Of a stretch of 64,000 bases of DNA, positions 50,380 to 63,900 are shown piece by piece. This DNA comes from Tubiluchus corallicola (taxonomy: Eukaryota > Animalia > Priapulida), in assembly GCA_030141605.1 (NCBI GenBank), contig JAQGDQ010000234.1, forward strand, positions 248,001 through 312,000, in the 5' to 3' direction. Position numbers and translations under genes: made by a program. The notes under the pieces are model-generated. The model saw only the letters and a list, made by a program, of their open reading frames with translations, searched no databases and was not told the origin of the DNA. Positions within the stretch are counted from its first letter, which is position 1, and each line of letters starts with the position of its first letter.

Positions 50380-51300
50380 TGTCTATTACTCCTCATAGGG
50401 GCTAGGGATGTTGTCGTTATTAATTAGAAGAAAGCAGTATTTCCGTTTCAAAGAATTTAACGACCCTGTAGCGATATCAGTAAGCAAAGTGTTCCGAAGT
50501 ATAGGCCCTTGATATTTTAAAGATTTTTGTCCTTTGAATGTATTAAATTTTTCAATGAAAAGGGAACTATTATGGCAAATCTTGTATTGTACCTGTGTAT
50601 ATCAGGCACAGAAGTATAATAGTTACTGAACAGGTTGGGCAGCAATTTATGTTTGAACTTGTATACAAACTTTACAAGTTCAAGCTTATAAATATCATTT
50701 ATTTTGAGTAATTTCAGTTTGTATTATGACAATGCAGCATGTTCATGCCGAGCAGAGAATGTCATTAACTTTATAATTTTATTTTTTTAAGTTTGAAGAG
50801 ATTTTAGTGTAGTTAAAATGACAGTGCCCCAGGAAAGTATACCATACAATAAGTATGCATATACCAAGGCAAAATAAATGAGCTTTATAGTGGCTTGATC
50901 TACATAGTGCCTAAGTTGCAATATAATACCTTTAATTTTGCTAAAGTTATAACAAATGTGCTTGATTTGAGTGCCCCATGATAATTTGTCATCAATAAAT
51001 AACCCCATATATTTTATTTCGTTGGCCTGTTCTATCACTTGATTATTAATTTTGAGTTGGAAATTATTTAAGTCTGCTGAACATTTAATTAACATGTATT
51101 TAGTCTTTTTGTAATTTATCGCTAACTTATTGGTCTGCATCCAAGAACTGACATTTAACATTTCGTTATTGACTATTTGTTGAAGATTATTTAGGTTAGT
51201 ATCGGATAAAAACAGGTTAGTATCATCAGCGAACATTCTTGTATAAAATCCAGAGCAATAAGCAAGGTCATTAATATGCAGAAAAAACAGTAGCAGGCCA
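50380..51300 (-). mobile_element. L2/Crack-type LINE RT fragment
   Basis: LHINDL...MFADDTNLF...WMQTNKLAINYKKTKYM...IKYMGLFIDDKLSW...IYFALVYAYLLYGILSWG. Confidence 0.88.
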
Positions 51301-51529
51301 ATGATGACCTACGCGAAATGAGTAACATAAATAGTATAGCAGTGTACAACATGATTAAAGTTACAAATGCAAGAGACAGAAAGACAGTTTATCTACTGGG
51401 CTGCTGTCTAGCTTTTTGCCCATAGGTTTCTCCGTCTTTGTACTAAATCAGATGTATAAACAATAAACATGATCTTAAATTTGGTTGCTAACCATCTAGT
51501 GAGGAAATCCAGAAGTGATGATTATTCTA

Positions 51530-53230
51530 AACTCACCTGGAACGCTAGTAGTGTGCACTCAGGTTGAAAGGTGTTATGCTACTTCTTCGGATTGTTTGAC
51601 CACCATTTGTCAAGTTGTCTTTAGAAGTGGTCTGGACGTCTTGAATATCTAAAATGTATTCCCAAATTATTCCAATCGATGACTACCTAGGAAATAAAAG
51701 GGTTTTGGTTCTTGCATCTAGGCTTAGAGATCTTACATCCATCACCGCTATAATTGACTTGAAAGTAATGTTAATATCATTGAAAATTCGAAATGTGGTT
51801 AATATGTCTCCACATTTCTGTATTGGTGTGACGTGAGTTTTAACCAGCTGATATCAATTTGGTTGCTTGTGTCTGGATGATTTAATGTAAGAGCACTATG
51901 GCTTCAGCTGTGCCAACACTCCCCTCTGTCGCATTTGGTTACATCCTACTATTATTATATTAGCATTATTATGGTATTACTATTTAGTTTTAGCCTCGGT
52001 CTGGGCTTCCCTGTCGGAGTCAGCTGTAATCTTACCACCTTGAGCTATTGAGTTGGTTGCTATGAAACCTCTGTACTGTTTTAAATAAAATAGTTTATTT
52101 TGGTTAAATTCCTTTCTGATATGTTCTAGCTAAACTGGATACCATATTACTTAGCCATAACCCATTACTATTCGTACAAAGGTTTTGAACAGGATTAAAG
52201 ACATGTTACAGTCTCAGTACGTGAATTCCCTAAAAAAAAGATTTCTGATGTTTCTGAGCTGATTTAGAGACTTCATCAGTATGCTTCTTGGAATATAGTG
52301 AGTTACTGATGTAGATAGAAGCTCTTTTTGTAGGCTTACTTGAGTAGTAACAGACTTGGGTTTTCCTCTGGTGTCGAGCATAGAGTATTGAATATTGTTG
52401 GAATTTTTGCCTGTATGAAGAACCTTGCATTTATTGCTGTTCTTCATATATAGTTGTTCTTCATATCAAAGGCGTATATATCAGTTACATGTCCAAGCAT
52501 CTAAGGTTTTGACGTTAATCTGTAGTGTATCATAATCATTGGAAGATGCCTTTTGTCTATATATTTTTGTATCATCAGCAAACATTTTAACGTTGAAGCT
52601 ACATTGTCAGGAACATCATTGGCCTATAACACGAAAGCAACGGTTGCCCTCACTTGTAGTATCCCTCTTTTAACTTCGATTATAGAGGACATGATAGAAT
52701 CGACCTGTATGCACTAGAAGAAAGCTGTTAAGAAATCTTGTATCAATTGTAGCAACTGCCCATAATAAATGCCATAAACCTTGAGTTTTAGTAACAAACA
52801 TTTATGAGGAACCTTGTCGAATGCTTTTTGTAGATCATAGTAGATTACCTCAGCAGTCTTTTGCCAATCAGTTAGACATTTTAACAAGTTGGGAACACAA
52901 GAGTTGTCATGGATAAAGCAGAAATTGAGAAGTTCCAGCATTGTAAGTGTTCGTAGATTTCGTTCCAGATAATAATCCTTTCGGTTAGCTTGCAGGCCAC
53001 TGAAGTAAGACTAATCGGGTGATAAGTGGCTTTGTGTCTCTCTGACCTTTCTTAAAAATGGGTAAGATAATGGAATGTTTTCAGTCTGAGGTTAGCTGCC
53101 CTTCCATTAATGATTTATCAAGCAGCATTTTCAATTGGTGATACAGACTATCCTTCAACTGCTTAATAGAGCAGGATGAAGTGGCCAGGCCCCTAATGAG
53201 CCATGATCGCCACATCTATTGTTCTGATGT
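51530..53230 (-). mobile_element. Decayed CR1-type LINE (RT to 3' end), interrupted at ~51790-52090
   Basis: YHPISLTSVACKL, SCVPNLL, YYDLQKAFDKVPH, KMFADDTKIY, KCKVLHTGKN, FKTFVR, GDILTTFRI. Confidence 0.85.
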
Positions 53231-54637
53231 TGAAAGCCACAGAATCGATGATGATAGTGGTTTTAGATTGGAATGGTATGCCGATTTCTTCAGGGAAACC
53301 ACTAACAAAGTGGTGATAGAACAGTTCTGCCTTGGAATTGTTAGTAACAACATCTGTTCCATTCTATTTGAGTATCGTTATCTTATCCTCTATCCTTAGA
53401 TTATGGTTCATGTATGCCCAAAACAACTTTGGTCTTACCTTTGCAGAGTTGTCAAGCTGTTTTTCGTAGTCCCTTTTAGCACTGCGAATCTACCAAGTTG
53501 TGTAATTTGTCTACTGAGCATGTAGTCGATAGCTATTGGTATCCTTCCTGGCATTGTAACTTCTCCCCTTACTTTTTTCAAGTTTATGGCATCTGGTGCA
53601 TCTTTGGGAATGCACGCAGGCTTTAGTTTTCCATTCTTAGTCTTAGTCTTTATTTGCCTAAGCATGTAGCCCTCAATACAACAATATTAAGTATTCAATA
53701 TTCACTTTTTGTTTTTATTCATGAATACAATTCAAAAGGTTTAAATAAGTACTATTATTTCATAGGCTGGCAGTAGTTAGAAAGATGCAGGGTGGTGAAA
53801 GACCAGTCGTCACCTGACAAGCCCTTAACAACAGAAAATAACGATAATATAAAATTGTTCTTATGGTGTAGTAGCTAATAGTGAGAGGCAGTCATTACTT
53901 ATAGCTCACAAACAAGTTTTAGGGATGATATTTGTGCCATTTGCAGCCAAAAATTCATGTAAAGTTGCCGTGCTAATTTTGAGGCATGAGATGTTATAGC
54001 AATAATTATGTTAGCGTAAGTTTAAGCAATTTATTTTGTCATTCAAAAGAATTGTTGACTTCATACTGAGCAACAAGAAAAACAAATTACAAAGGTGTGG
54101 TAAAACTAAAATAAGAATCAGAATGAGCATGTTAGCAGAATAGCAGCAACAATAAATGCAACTAATACGAGCATTAAGCTAGCAGAACTAATAACCGTAA
54201 TTATACAGACTTATTGTAAGCAGCATAATAATAATAGCACAATTTAAAAATAAGGAACATCGTATCAAACTAAACCAAATTGGATTTTTTTCTCCTATAT
54301 AATAACTATCGACATACAACATTGTAAATAAATAGTTCATGCCAAGGGAAAATGTTGTGAAGAACTTAAGTTATTGCATCTGCCATCTAAGCACTGTTGT
54401 GTTACATTTAACAGCGACATGTTATTTTTCAGGAGTAGCAGATGCTATGCTGCTATTTGTGTATTTATTTTGCATGTAAATGCTAGGCAAGTGTACAGCT
54501 TCCAGCTTGGCAGCATTGTACTGGCAAAATGAAAAACTATGCTCCACAGCATTAATAGGTTGGAATGTTGATGTTTTCTGTGTTATAGCTTTTTTAGTAT
54601 AAGTTGAGAATTATATTTTCTGTTTAAGATTCCAACA

Positions 54638-56423
54638 ATGATGACAGATAAGTTTTTTAAGAAGAAAGTCCCAGTTTGCATCAAGACAGCTGACAATGAA
54701 CAATGGTATGCATTAAATTTAATTCATTATTTATTAGAAGTACGTAGAACTAGTGCCGAACCTATTGCACCATCACCATTTCACTGGAAAAGAAGAATAT
54801 TTTATCGTTTAAGCTAAATAACTGATCCTTAATTTCATCAGTTTATTTTTGTGTTGCACATAATATTGAGATGCAGCTGATGGTGAAATTTTTTATGAAT
54901 TAAGTTAATCAACATCTGAACTTTTTAGGAGAAATTCTGTCGAAGTTACGGTTGAACTACATAATTTGATGACACCATTGCATAAAAAGGTATACTTAAA
55001 ACTTACATATTGTAAAGAAGCCATTATGAATTTTGGCTTAAACTACGTAAGTATGAAACTCAGAAGAAATATATTTTTGTAGTTCGCAGTCATTTTGCTG
55101 GGGAGGTGCTTGTATTCCCTTTAATGCAAGATAAGTATCAGATGATATGATTCTGTTTTTACATAGACTACTTAACAAAACTTTTTATACAGTGGCCGCC
55201 GCTTATTGTGGACACCTCGGGCCAGCAGTGTATGTCCATATTAAGCGGCTGTCCATATTAAGCGAAGTGACCCATGAAGACCCTTCCCCTTCATTAAAAA
55301 AGGCAAAAAACCGTCTGTATCAACTCGTCTCCTGTTTTATTGAAAAAAAGAAGTCAGACGAGTTTGTTTGGCAGGAAACTTTTCTCTCAAGCTTGAACGG
55401 AAGGAAGTTATCACAGTTTCGAAGCTCTCAAGGCCACGGCGAACTGACTGATGCAATGACTCACACAGGCAGCAGAGCGGGAAGCTCTTTTCAATCACGC
55501 GCGCAGGCCGTGGTTGGCACGGCTGGTCACGTGCCAAGAATGTTCGCTGTCCATATTAAGCGGCGGTTGTCCATATTAACCGGCGGATTTTATTAGGGGA
55601 AAATTCCGTCCCTCGCGAGTTGTCCACAATAACCGGCTGTCCACAATAACCGTGTCCATAATAAGCGGCGGCCACTGTATTAATAATAATCTTCAAGAAA
55701 CATTGACATTATGAAAAATGAAATATATGCAAGTTAGTACAAGCTTATGGTGTACACAATATTATAATAATAGGCAGATCAACAACATACCGGTAAATAA
55801 AAGTTATTACCTTGCTGTCATCTTGAAAAGTCTAAGCATTTGGCATGGTTTGATTAGCTAATCCAGCCACATATTCGATCCTTCAGCCACTCTGGTGCTA
55901 TTCCAATGTTTTTGAAACTTGGATTTATTTGGGATTCCACAGTTAATAGAGGAGCTCGTAGTGTTTCTAAGGCCTGAGACAGCAAGTGCATATAAGGGCA
56001 ATGTAACTGTTATAGTTAAGCAATATTGCAATTAAACCATAGGTTGTGACTAATGTTTTGAGCCTTGCATTTAGGAGTTGATTGTGCGATTGACCGACGA
56101 AAAAGACTTATTTTTTCTTTTTGTCGTTGCGATTGGAGAGGAAATATTTCAAAGGTACGCTCTAGCTTTTTTACGAAATAGTGTCAAAATCCTAACTTTG
56201 TATACATAACGTACATGTGTTAGAATTTTGGATTAGTCTTAGATGCTTGTGTGATGATTTTCAAAGATTTTTGTTATGGCTTTCGTTTTTGTTTGTGTTT
56301 CCCGAAATTTCGTGCTTACATTTATGCCTTAACTTGAAATATTTATTAAACTTCTATGCATGGACATCGGTGAGATAGATTTATATCATCATCTCATCAT
56401 CACTGCCTGTGCACACTATGCGA

Positions 56424-56465
<42 letters not shown>

Positions 56466-59400
56466 TACTGCTTTGCTTTGTCATTAATCAATTATTATTT
56501 AACCGAGAAATATTTTTCTGGAATGACTTATCTTGATATTCTACTTTAATTATTTCAGCTTAAAAGCTCAGCAGGGCTTACTTGTTGACTTCGGCACTTT
56601 TCCACACAAGTTTATCGATTTGTTAGAACTCTGCTTACAAGAAAAGGAAAACTCGACTCCAAGGTACGTTATCTTGTTTTCTTCAAGTGTCACAGGTTCA
56701 ACTAACTCAGTAAGAGATGGAGTGTTTTGGGAATTATGTTGTCTGCAATTGCCTTACTGATAAATTATTAAAAATGCATTAACTGTTGTGCAAATGTAGC
56801 AGATGTGCATAAGAGCTTTGTTAAAACAGGCTTTTCACCCTCACATAATAATGTAGTCAGAACCTTGAAAATAGGATAAGTATAAGACAGCCTTTATCAA
56901 AATTCAACTGAAATACTTCCAAAATTAAAATAACTGTGAAACCTGTAGACAAATATCAAAATGACCTTTGTTCTCATTTTCTTTTCATGGTTGTGTAATA
57001 GTCTTTCCAAGACATTTTAGTCAATTCTGGCATATGGTTTAGTATAGTTCTTCTAAGCCTGGTATGCACCTGTTAAATAAACCTATGCAGTAATTAAGAT
57101 GAATTTAGGTAAGTTTAGAGTGCAGTTTACATCATTACTAATAGCTGATCAATTAAAACGCATAGTTAGTTGTTTGCTTGAGATGGTTTTTTAATTTTGA
57201 CTGGTTTCAATTTTTTTCTTGACAGTGTGTTCTCTTTTCTGCATTGGTCCATTCCAAGTTTTACAAACTTACAATTTTCGGAGCATTTTTGCAGCAATGT
57301 GAAAGCCAATTTGATCAAATTTGACACTTTGTTACCTGATTTAGTTTTATTTCACCTGCAGTACGATTCCAGGCATACTAAACGTTAATTGGAAGGGTTT
57401 TTTATTTATGAGAAATAAGCCTTTGACGGTCTGTGATAAGAAATGTTATGATTTGTTGCCCTTATTTGTGTAACTACATATATGATCAGTAACTGCATTT
57501 TAGATAATTAACTTCGTAGCTAACAGTCTCGTTGAGGAAGATTATAAATTTGTCCAGTTTTTGTCAAGTACCTATGTAAATTTGCATCTGTGTCAGCAGC
57601 TTAAAACTTGGCTAAACCATAGAAATTTGAGTAGAGAGTTAAATTTGGATTTTATTTAGATGAAAATTTGGACTTCTCTGCACCTGTTTCCTTCATATGT
57701 GGAAAAAGCTATGAGGCAGGTCAATGTACTATTTAGATTAAGAGAGCTGTTAAATACTGGAAGTAAATTGAAAATCTACCATGCTTTCACATAATTCCAA
57801 TTCAGGTTATTGTTCTTTAATATTTCATTGTTGTTGTGTTACAAATGCTAGGAAAATGGAGAAGATAGAGCATCGAAATTTGCCTTTAATGATCACCGGT
57901 CTTCCTACATGCAACTTATTCAACATCCTGGCACACAAGCTTTGATTAGTGAATGTCAGAAACGCCTTGCATTTGAAATATTAAAACATTTAAATAGAGT
58001 TGGATAAAGTGCCTTAACGTTTCACTATATTCATTTTTTAGGTTTGTCTTAAACCTGCTTATGTCTTCTGTTTCACCTTGTGATCGGAGTGCCGTTTATC
58101 TGAATGTAGTTGAAACGAATCCCTTCAAGCATCTTACTCATTTATCTCTGAAGTTGCAACCGGGCACAGATGCCGAAATTTCCAAATATCTAGCTGCTTG
58201 CTTAAAAAATATTCAGGTATGTTTTATAGAAAATATATTCATTATGTATTTTACTGCTCTGTGTATTTTTTCTACATGTGACTGAGATGCTTTTTTCTTT
58301 TAGGAGGAAAAACAGAATGTTGAAAGTCATTTGCAAATGCTTGAGGCTGAACTTAATGCTAGATTAAAGCAAATGCAGCAAGTATGTAATTCATTTAAAA
58401 TTCAAATTCTGCAGGCTTTATGTTCTTTCATAATTACCAGATTAGCTTTTTTTGGATTTGCGATGTCTTATTATTAGTTCTAGTAAAACGTACAAGTGAC
58501 GCAACTTTTTAACGGTTTTGTTGTATGTTAGGAAGCTATTTTAATACTTTTACATTTTGTTAAATTCTAGTAGCATACATGTCATTGGGTTAGTAAAAAA
58601 TAAAAATAAATTACATTGCTGTATGAATAAACTTGCTAATAATTATTTTTCTCTACTACGGATACATGCTGTTATTGTGCGTCCCTGATATCACAGTAGC
58701 AAATTGGTTGTTGAGGTATACTCATTAAATTATTTTCTTTTCTGTTATACTTGCCTGTTTGCTTTTGCGATATGCATAATATTTTTTTTGCTGAATTTGT
58801 TTAGGCATTGTCAGACAGAACTCAAGAGTTGGATAACTTGCGTACAGAATGGGCTGTAAAGTCTAGCACTATGTCAAATAAACACCTAGAAGAAATCCAG
58901 ATTGAAAGGGAAAAGGCTGATATGGTAAGTTAATGCAGAATGATTTACAATTGCCAACAAATGTAAGTTTACCTAACTACGGTAAGTCTTTATACAGCAG
59001 CACCTAATTTAGCGACAATTCCTTTTAACATTGATGAGTTTTGTTTTGTTCATTTTTTAATAACAAAATTTATACTATTCCTATGAATGTGTGGTTTCAT
59101 TTGGTGACATTTCATGTAACATATTTTTGCTAGACTACCGTATATTTACATAAGCAGACTTACTGTGTAGAGAAATAAGCCTCAGTACTGTCTATCTTCG
59201 AGATATTGACCTTTGTTTTCCTTTGCAACCTATTTGCTTAGATCTGCCCATGCAAACAGGCCTTTACACAGATAGCTGAGTGCTCCTTGAATAGAGGATC
59301 TTTTGGCCTGCGTGATTAGTCCTCCCACATAATCGCGAATAGCCTCTACAGTGCCTATTCTTAGGTGATTCTTTTCTCTCTACTGAACCCAAGGGCTAAT

Positions 59401-62400
59401 ATTTCCCCTTTGGGCTAGCATAGTGTTATTATCCCTCACTATACTATCGCCAAAATGCTTCTTGTATAGGATAATCAAATGTATGGAAGTATGAACATAT
59501 AATTACTTTTCATAATACGTAATGTATCAAGATTGTATCTTTATTTTGTAGTCATGTAATCATTATCATTTGCTAATCTATGAATACGTAGTAGGTCCTA
59601 TAGGCTTGTAAGTGGAGTAAGGTCTAGTATGATGTAGTGCTATAACTGTAACTACTATTTCACAGACTAACACGTTCGTCGCCATTTTGTGCATTGCAAA
59701 TACCACAGTGTGGTTATTAATAACTATGCGCGTATTTTAATCTAGTGTTATTGTCTTTGCTTTTCTATCAGTTATGAAACAGAACTATGTAGGAAATAGC
59801 AGTATCTGATTTCACTAAAGGTCTTCAATCCTGCAAATGCGAAAATAAATTACTTTGAACTAGGGAATTTTGATAGTTGCAGTCTCCCTACTCTTTATCT
59901 CTGCTATTTCACTTATCAAAAAATAATAAATTAACCAAAAAATTCATAGTTGCTGACGTATAGTACATAGGTTTTTGAACTATTTATGCAACTACATGTA
60001 GAAAGCTTTTGTCAAGTTTAATTTATGTTCTCTTTTTAGATTTGCATTTTAGCACAAAGTGCTATTAAAATTTTGTTTTGATATGTACTAAAACTACTTC
60101 ATGATTCTTTTGTTTTAGGCTAAGAAAAGTGCACAAGAAAGGAATGAGAGAGAGAAGAGAGACTTGGAAAAAACTCTCAACAAAAAAGTTAGTGATTCAC
60201 AAATAAGATTAGGAAACTTGGAAAGAAATAACAAGGTGGGTTTTCATTAGCTGCTCCGAGTATTTTGAAATGTTGTCAGTTTTCTAAAATTTACTACCAG
60301 TCTGAAAAAGTGACAGTTTTCTGAAATTTGTGTCTATTTGCTAATGCCGCTTTCAGTTTGTTTATCTTCTGCTTTTCTAATTTTGGAGCTCATTGGTGAG
60401 GAAACGTTTTATACTAATAGATAAAATTTGAACTAGAATTGATATGTGTATTTATTCCTTTATGACAGTTTGTTAGAAATTGTGTTCTGCTGTAATGGAC
60501 ATGCATACTATAAAATCATTTGGCAGTGGTGTTTTTTTTCAGTTGCCATCATATTATTAGATAGCAACAGCATTCTAAGTACGGAAGTGAAAATATAGCA
60601 TTTTAGTTTTTTGTCTTCCACTGCTGAGAACTACTAAACGTTTCGAAATGAAAGAAGGTATTTTGTGGAAGAGAGATAGTTTGGCATTTTAAAAGGAAAT
60701 TGATATTAAATAAGTCTGTTGGCTCTTATTTCTGATAAATATGCTGTTAAATTTATTATTTATACCTGGTTTTTTCTTTGTACTCACTCATTATATCAAA
60801 TGTAAAATTGCTCGTTGCTTTTATTTTTTAATTATTGTAGGATTTGTTAGACACAAAATACAAATTAGAGGCAACTGTTAAAGAACTGAAATCAAGGATT
60901 TCTACATCGGACGAAGATTATCACAGATGTAAGCAAGACTTGCAGATCTTAAGAAAACAGCACAGTACACTGGATGTTGATTGTCGGGAAAAAGAGAAGG
61001 TATTTCGATTTATATGAGTAAAAATAAAATTTTGTTGTTTCTGTTTATAATATAAGTTTACAAATTATTTGCATCGTAATTGTTATGCAAGCACTTTTTC
61101 TGCAAAATTAATCTAAAATAAATTATTAGGCATTTACAGGGTAAAAAAATTTCCTCTGCAGAGTAAATAGTCAAAGATCGATAACATTATGAAAAAATAA
61201 TTGAAAAGCAGTAGTCAGATATGACTGAATTGGTAAGAATATGTGCCCTGTTGAGAGTATATCACAGTAGTGGAAGTGCAAATTATCACACTTTCTAAAA
61301 ATCTGCAAGTGTTGCTTACATCTTCCTATTGCATTATGTAAGGCTCTTGAAATGGAAAAAAAGAAATCCTGCATATAGATATACTGCAAAAAGATTTAGC
61401 AAACACAACTCTACTTTTGAGGAATGATGTATAATTGGCAGTGGCAGCAGATAGGAGTGCCTGGCATTTAATAGGTGGCGCGTGCCATGTCTTAGAACGT
61501 AGACGATGATGACTGTAATGGAGAAGCCAAGTGATGATAACTGTGATACATTTCTGTGCTTAGAAGCTTTGACATCATGTGGAGACTAGATGTATCCACA
61601 GCTCTAACGACATAAAGTTTTATATGTCACGAATAATGCCTAGTTTGAAGGCAATGGTTCTATTGGTGGCAATCCCAAAAGGTTATAAGTCCACTGTTGC
61701 CTGAAAAAACCAGGCATTTGCTTTATTGTACACCACTATGGACATTACTTATTTTATGGATTATTACTAAGATTAAGGGCATAGATTCATGTAAATGTCA
61801 CTTAAAAATTGCTAAAAAAACAATAGACCCTCTCCGTCATTTGCTCCTACAACAACAAATGTGGGTAAATTTCCCTAAGTCATGGGGTTTTGCCTACTAT
61901 ACTCTGTCTAGTGTAAAAGCAAATTTTGCAATTCTTCAGCCGTGTCACGTTATGATTACATGACACTGTTGGCAAATTGCTAAATTTGTTCAAAATGGCT
62001 GGTGGGCTATAGACTACATTTTAAACAATAATAAATCTATTTTACGTCACGTGACACTGTTTTGACGAATTGTAAAGTTTGTAAATAAACTGGTATGTCA
62101 TTCATAAATGTAACTAGTGTTAGCAAAATAGTTTAAATTTATGCTGTTATTATTAGCTTTCTGATTTTTTTACAGCACGTAAATCAGTTGAAAACCAGAA
62201 TAGCTGTTTTGCAGCAGGAATTAAAAGACAAGGAACAACTTTTGAGTCAGTCTGAGCATCTTTTACAGTCTAATCAGCAGCAAAAGGTAAAGATGCAAGG
62301 TGTTCTACTTCGGTTATAATTATGTTATAATGTATATTGCATTTATTATGTAAATATACTACAGTTAATATTATTTTATTATTGTAATGTATACACTCTT

Positions 62401-63153
62401 TCTTTAGTGTGTATTTCTAACTTTCTCGTAAATCTAATGAAATGTGCTTGATTTACTTGCAGTTTACACTGTTTCATGTTGTCATCTTTCATAATCAAGG
62501 AAATGCCATTATAATATTGTCGCCTGTTAGTTTTTACATGTACAACATACTCCTTTATGATAGTGATAAGCAGTCAATGGGTAAATGTAACAGTCATGTC
62601 ACAAGTGAAACATTTGTAGTTACAGTAGAATTTTAAGTTGCATTCTAATTTTCTCGAATAAGAATTAAACATTTGACACCTTTATGTAGACAAATATGTA
62701 CTAAAATAATAGCTAATTATATTCATATTGCAGGAGGCGGCAGAAAGCAATGCAGAACAAAAATCTCGGCAAATTGTAAAACTAGAAGTCTCAGTCAAAT
62801 CACTGTCCTCTGATTTGAATAAAGCTAATGATATAATTAGGAAACTACAGGGAGAAATCAGAACTTATCATGCCAAGGTAAGGGAACAACAATAAAAACT
62901 AGTGTAGTCTGGTATTTGCAGGTTCAAATGGACCACCCTGGTTAGTTACCAGTGTAGTGGTTTTACTAGTACATATGTAAATAAGTTACTTGATTTTAGT
63001 TCTAAATTTTCTTGTTGCTATTTGCAGTTGAAGTTACAAAATCAGATCACTTCTGAACAAGAAAAACTTTTGGCAGAAAAAGATCAAAGTTTAGAAGACC
63101 AAGCGAAAGAGACGGAGTTACTAAAATCTGGAAACTTAGCTTTGGAGACCGAA
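54638..63153 (+). CDS. SASS6: Spindle assembly abnormal protein 6 (centriolar SAS-6), first 12 coding exons (~448 aa), 3' end outside window
   Basis: Exons 54638-54705, 54929-54989, 56075-56154, 56559-56663, 58042-58216, 58304-58381, 58805-58924, 60119-60235, 60841-60999, 62176-62286, 62734-62877, 63028-63153; GT-AG, phases consistent. PISA/head motifs [50 protein letters not shown]; coiled coil with [10 protein letters not shown]. Confidence 0.95.
55190..55677 (-). mobile_element. pogo-type MITE with near-perfect TIRs and TA TSD (SAS-6 intron 2)
   Basis: TA|CAGTGGCCGCCGCTTATTGTGGACAC ... GTGTCCATAATAAGCGGCGGCCACTG|TA; internal TGTCCA(C/T)A(A/T)TAA repeats; minus-strand [10 protein letters not shown] remnant. 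Confidence 0.93.
56427..56463. repeat. (TA)n microsatellite
   Basis: Directly visible. Confidence 0.95.
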
Positions 63154-63276
63154 GTATATGCCAAGTTTTGTCGTGTTTCATAAACACAAACTGTAACGAT
63201 ATCTACTGAAATGCCACACTTTACTGTTTACTCTGGAGTGTGTCAAGGATAATTTCTATGCATATGTGTAAAAACT

Positions 63277-63900
63277 AGGGATGGGACCAGACAGAATCCA
63301 GATTTTCCGATTTGGCAGATCCAGATAGATCTGGTTCTGGATCAATTCTGAATCCACTAAGCCAATTGTACTTCATTTAGGTCGTACAAAGTTGAAGTTT
63401 GCAGACCATTTAAAGCTCAGTGTAGCAATCTACTCGAAAAGAAATTTAAGTGATGAAGTACTTGCTTATGTCTAATTAGGTTATCCAAATTCTCCTACAA
63501 TACTAAACTTAGATTGGAAAAAAATGCAATTGTCGTTCATTAAAGAGTCCCAATTTTTATCAATACTGTGAATAAATGAAAATATTATGGAAACCGGGAG
63601 GGCCCTGTGAGCGGTGTGAATACTGGTCCGTATATCCTTGTGCTGTTTTAGACGCAAACCCACAACATGTGCAGTGTGCACATGCTCTCACCGCAGCTTG
63701 CATTTTGCAATTTCTCAGTGAATATTCTCGGCCAGTGTTTATGCATTTAGTAGTTTGTATTTTTCGTCATGCCTGAGAGTCTGTGAGAATTTTGTTAAAC
63801 TTGTGCTGACAAAATCTATTTGTAGAATATGCAAAATAAAAGTAGTTAGTAGGACAAACGCATCAAACTGCTCGACAACACCGTCACCAGCACCAATTAC
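63277..63900 (+). mobile_element. Possible hAT-family remnants in a SAS-6 intron
   Basis: TAGGGATG start with GGATC/GATCC-rich subterminal repeats (similar patches at ~6415, ~16912, ~18655); BED-finger-like remnant KSICRICKIKVVSRTNASN at ~63810. Confidence 0.4.

Noticed and set aside
53435-53665. 76-aa minus-strand ORF
   Set aside because: Adjacent to a decayed LINE with no recognisable motif or splice context; probably TE-derived.
55147-55596. 149-aa plus-strand ORF as a nested gene
   Set aside because: It lies almost wholly within a GC-rich MITE and has no recognisable domain.
59270-59450. GC-richer intronic patch as a possible ncRNA or snoRNA
   Set aside because: No convincing C/D or H/ACA boxes, tRNA fold or terminal stem by eye; would need an Rfam search.
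17605-63153. U12-type or non-canonical introns, stop-codon recoding
   Set aside because: All reconstructed introns are GT-AG without the GTATCCTT signature, and no in-frame stops occur in the gene models.
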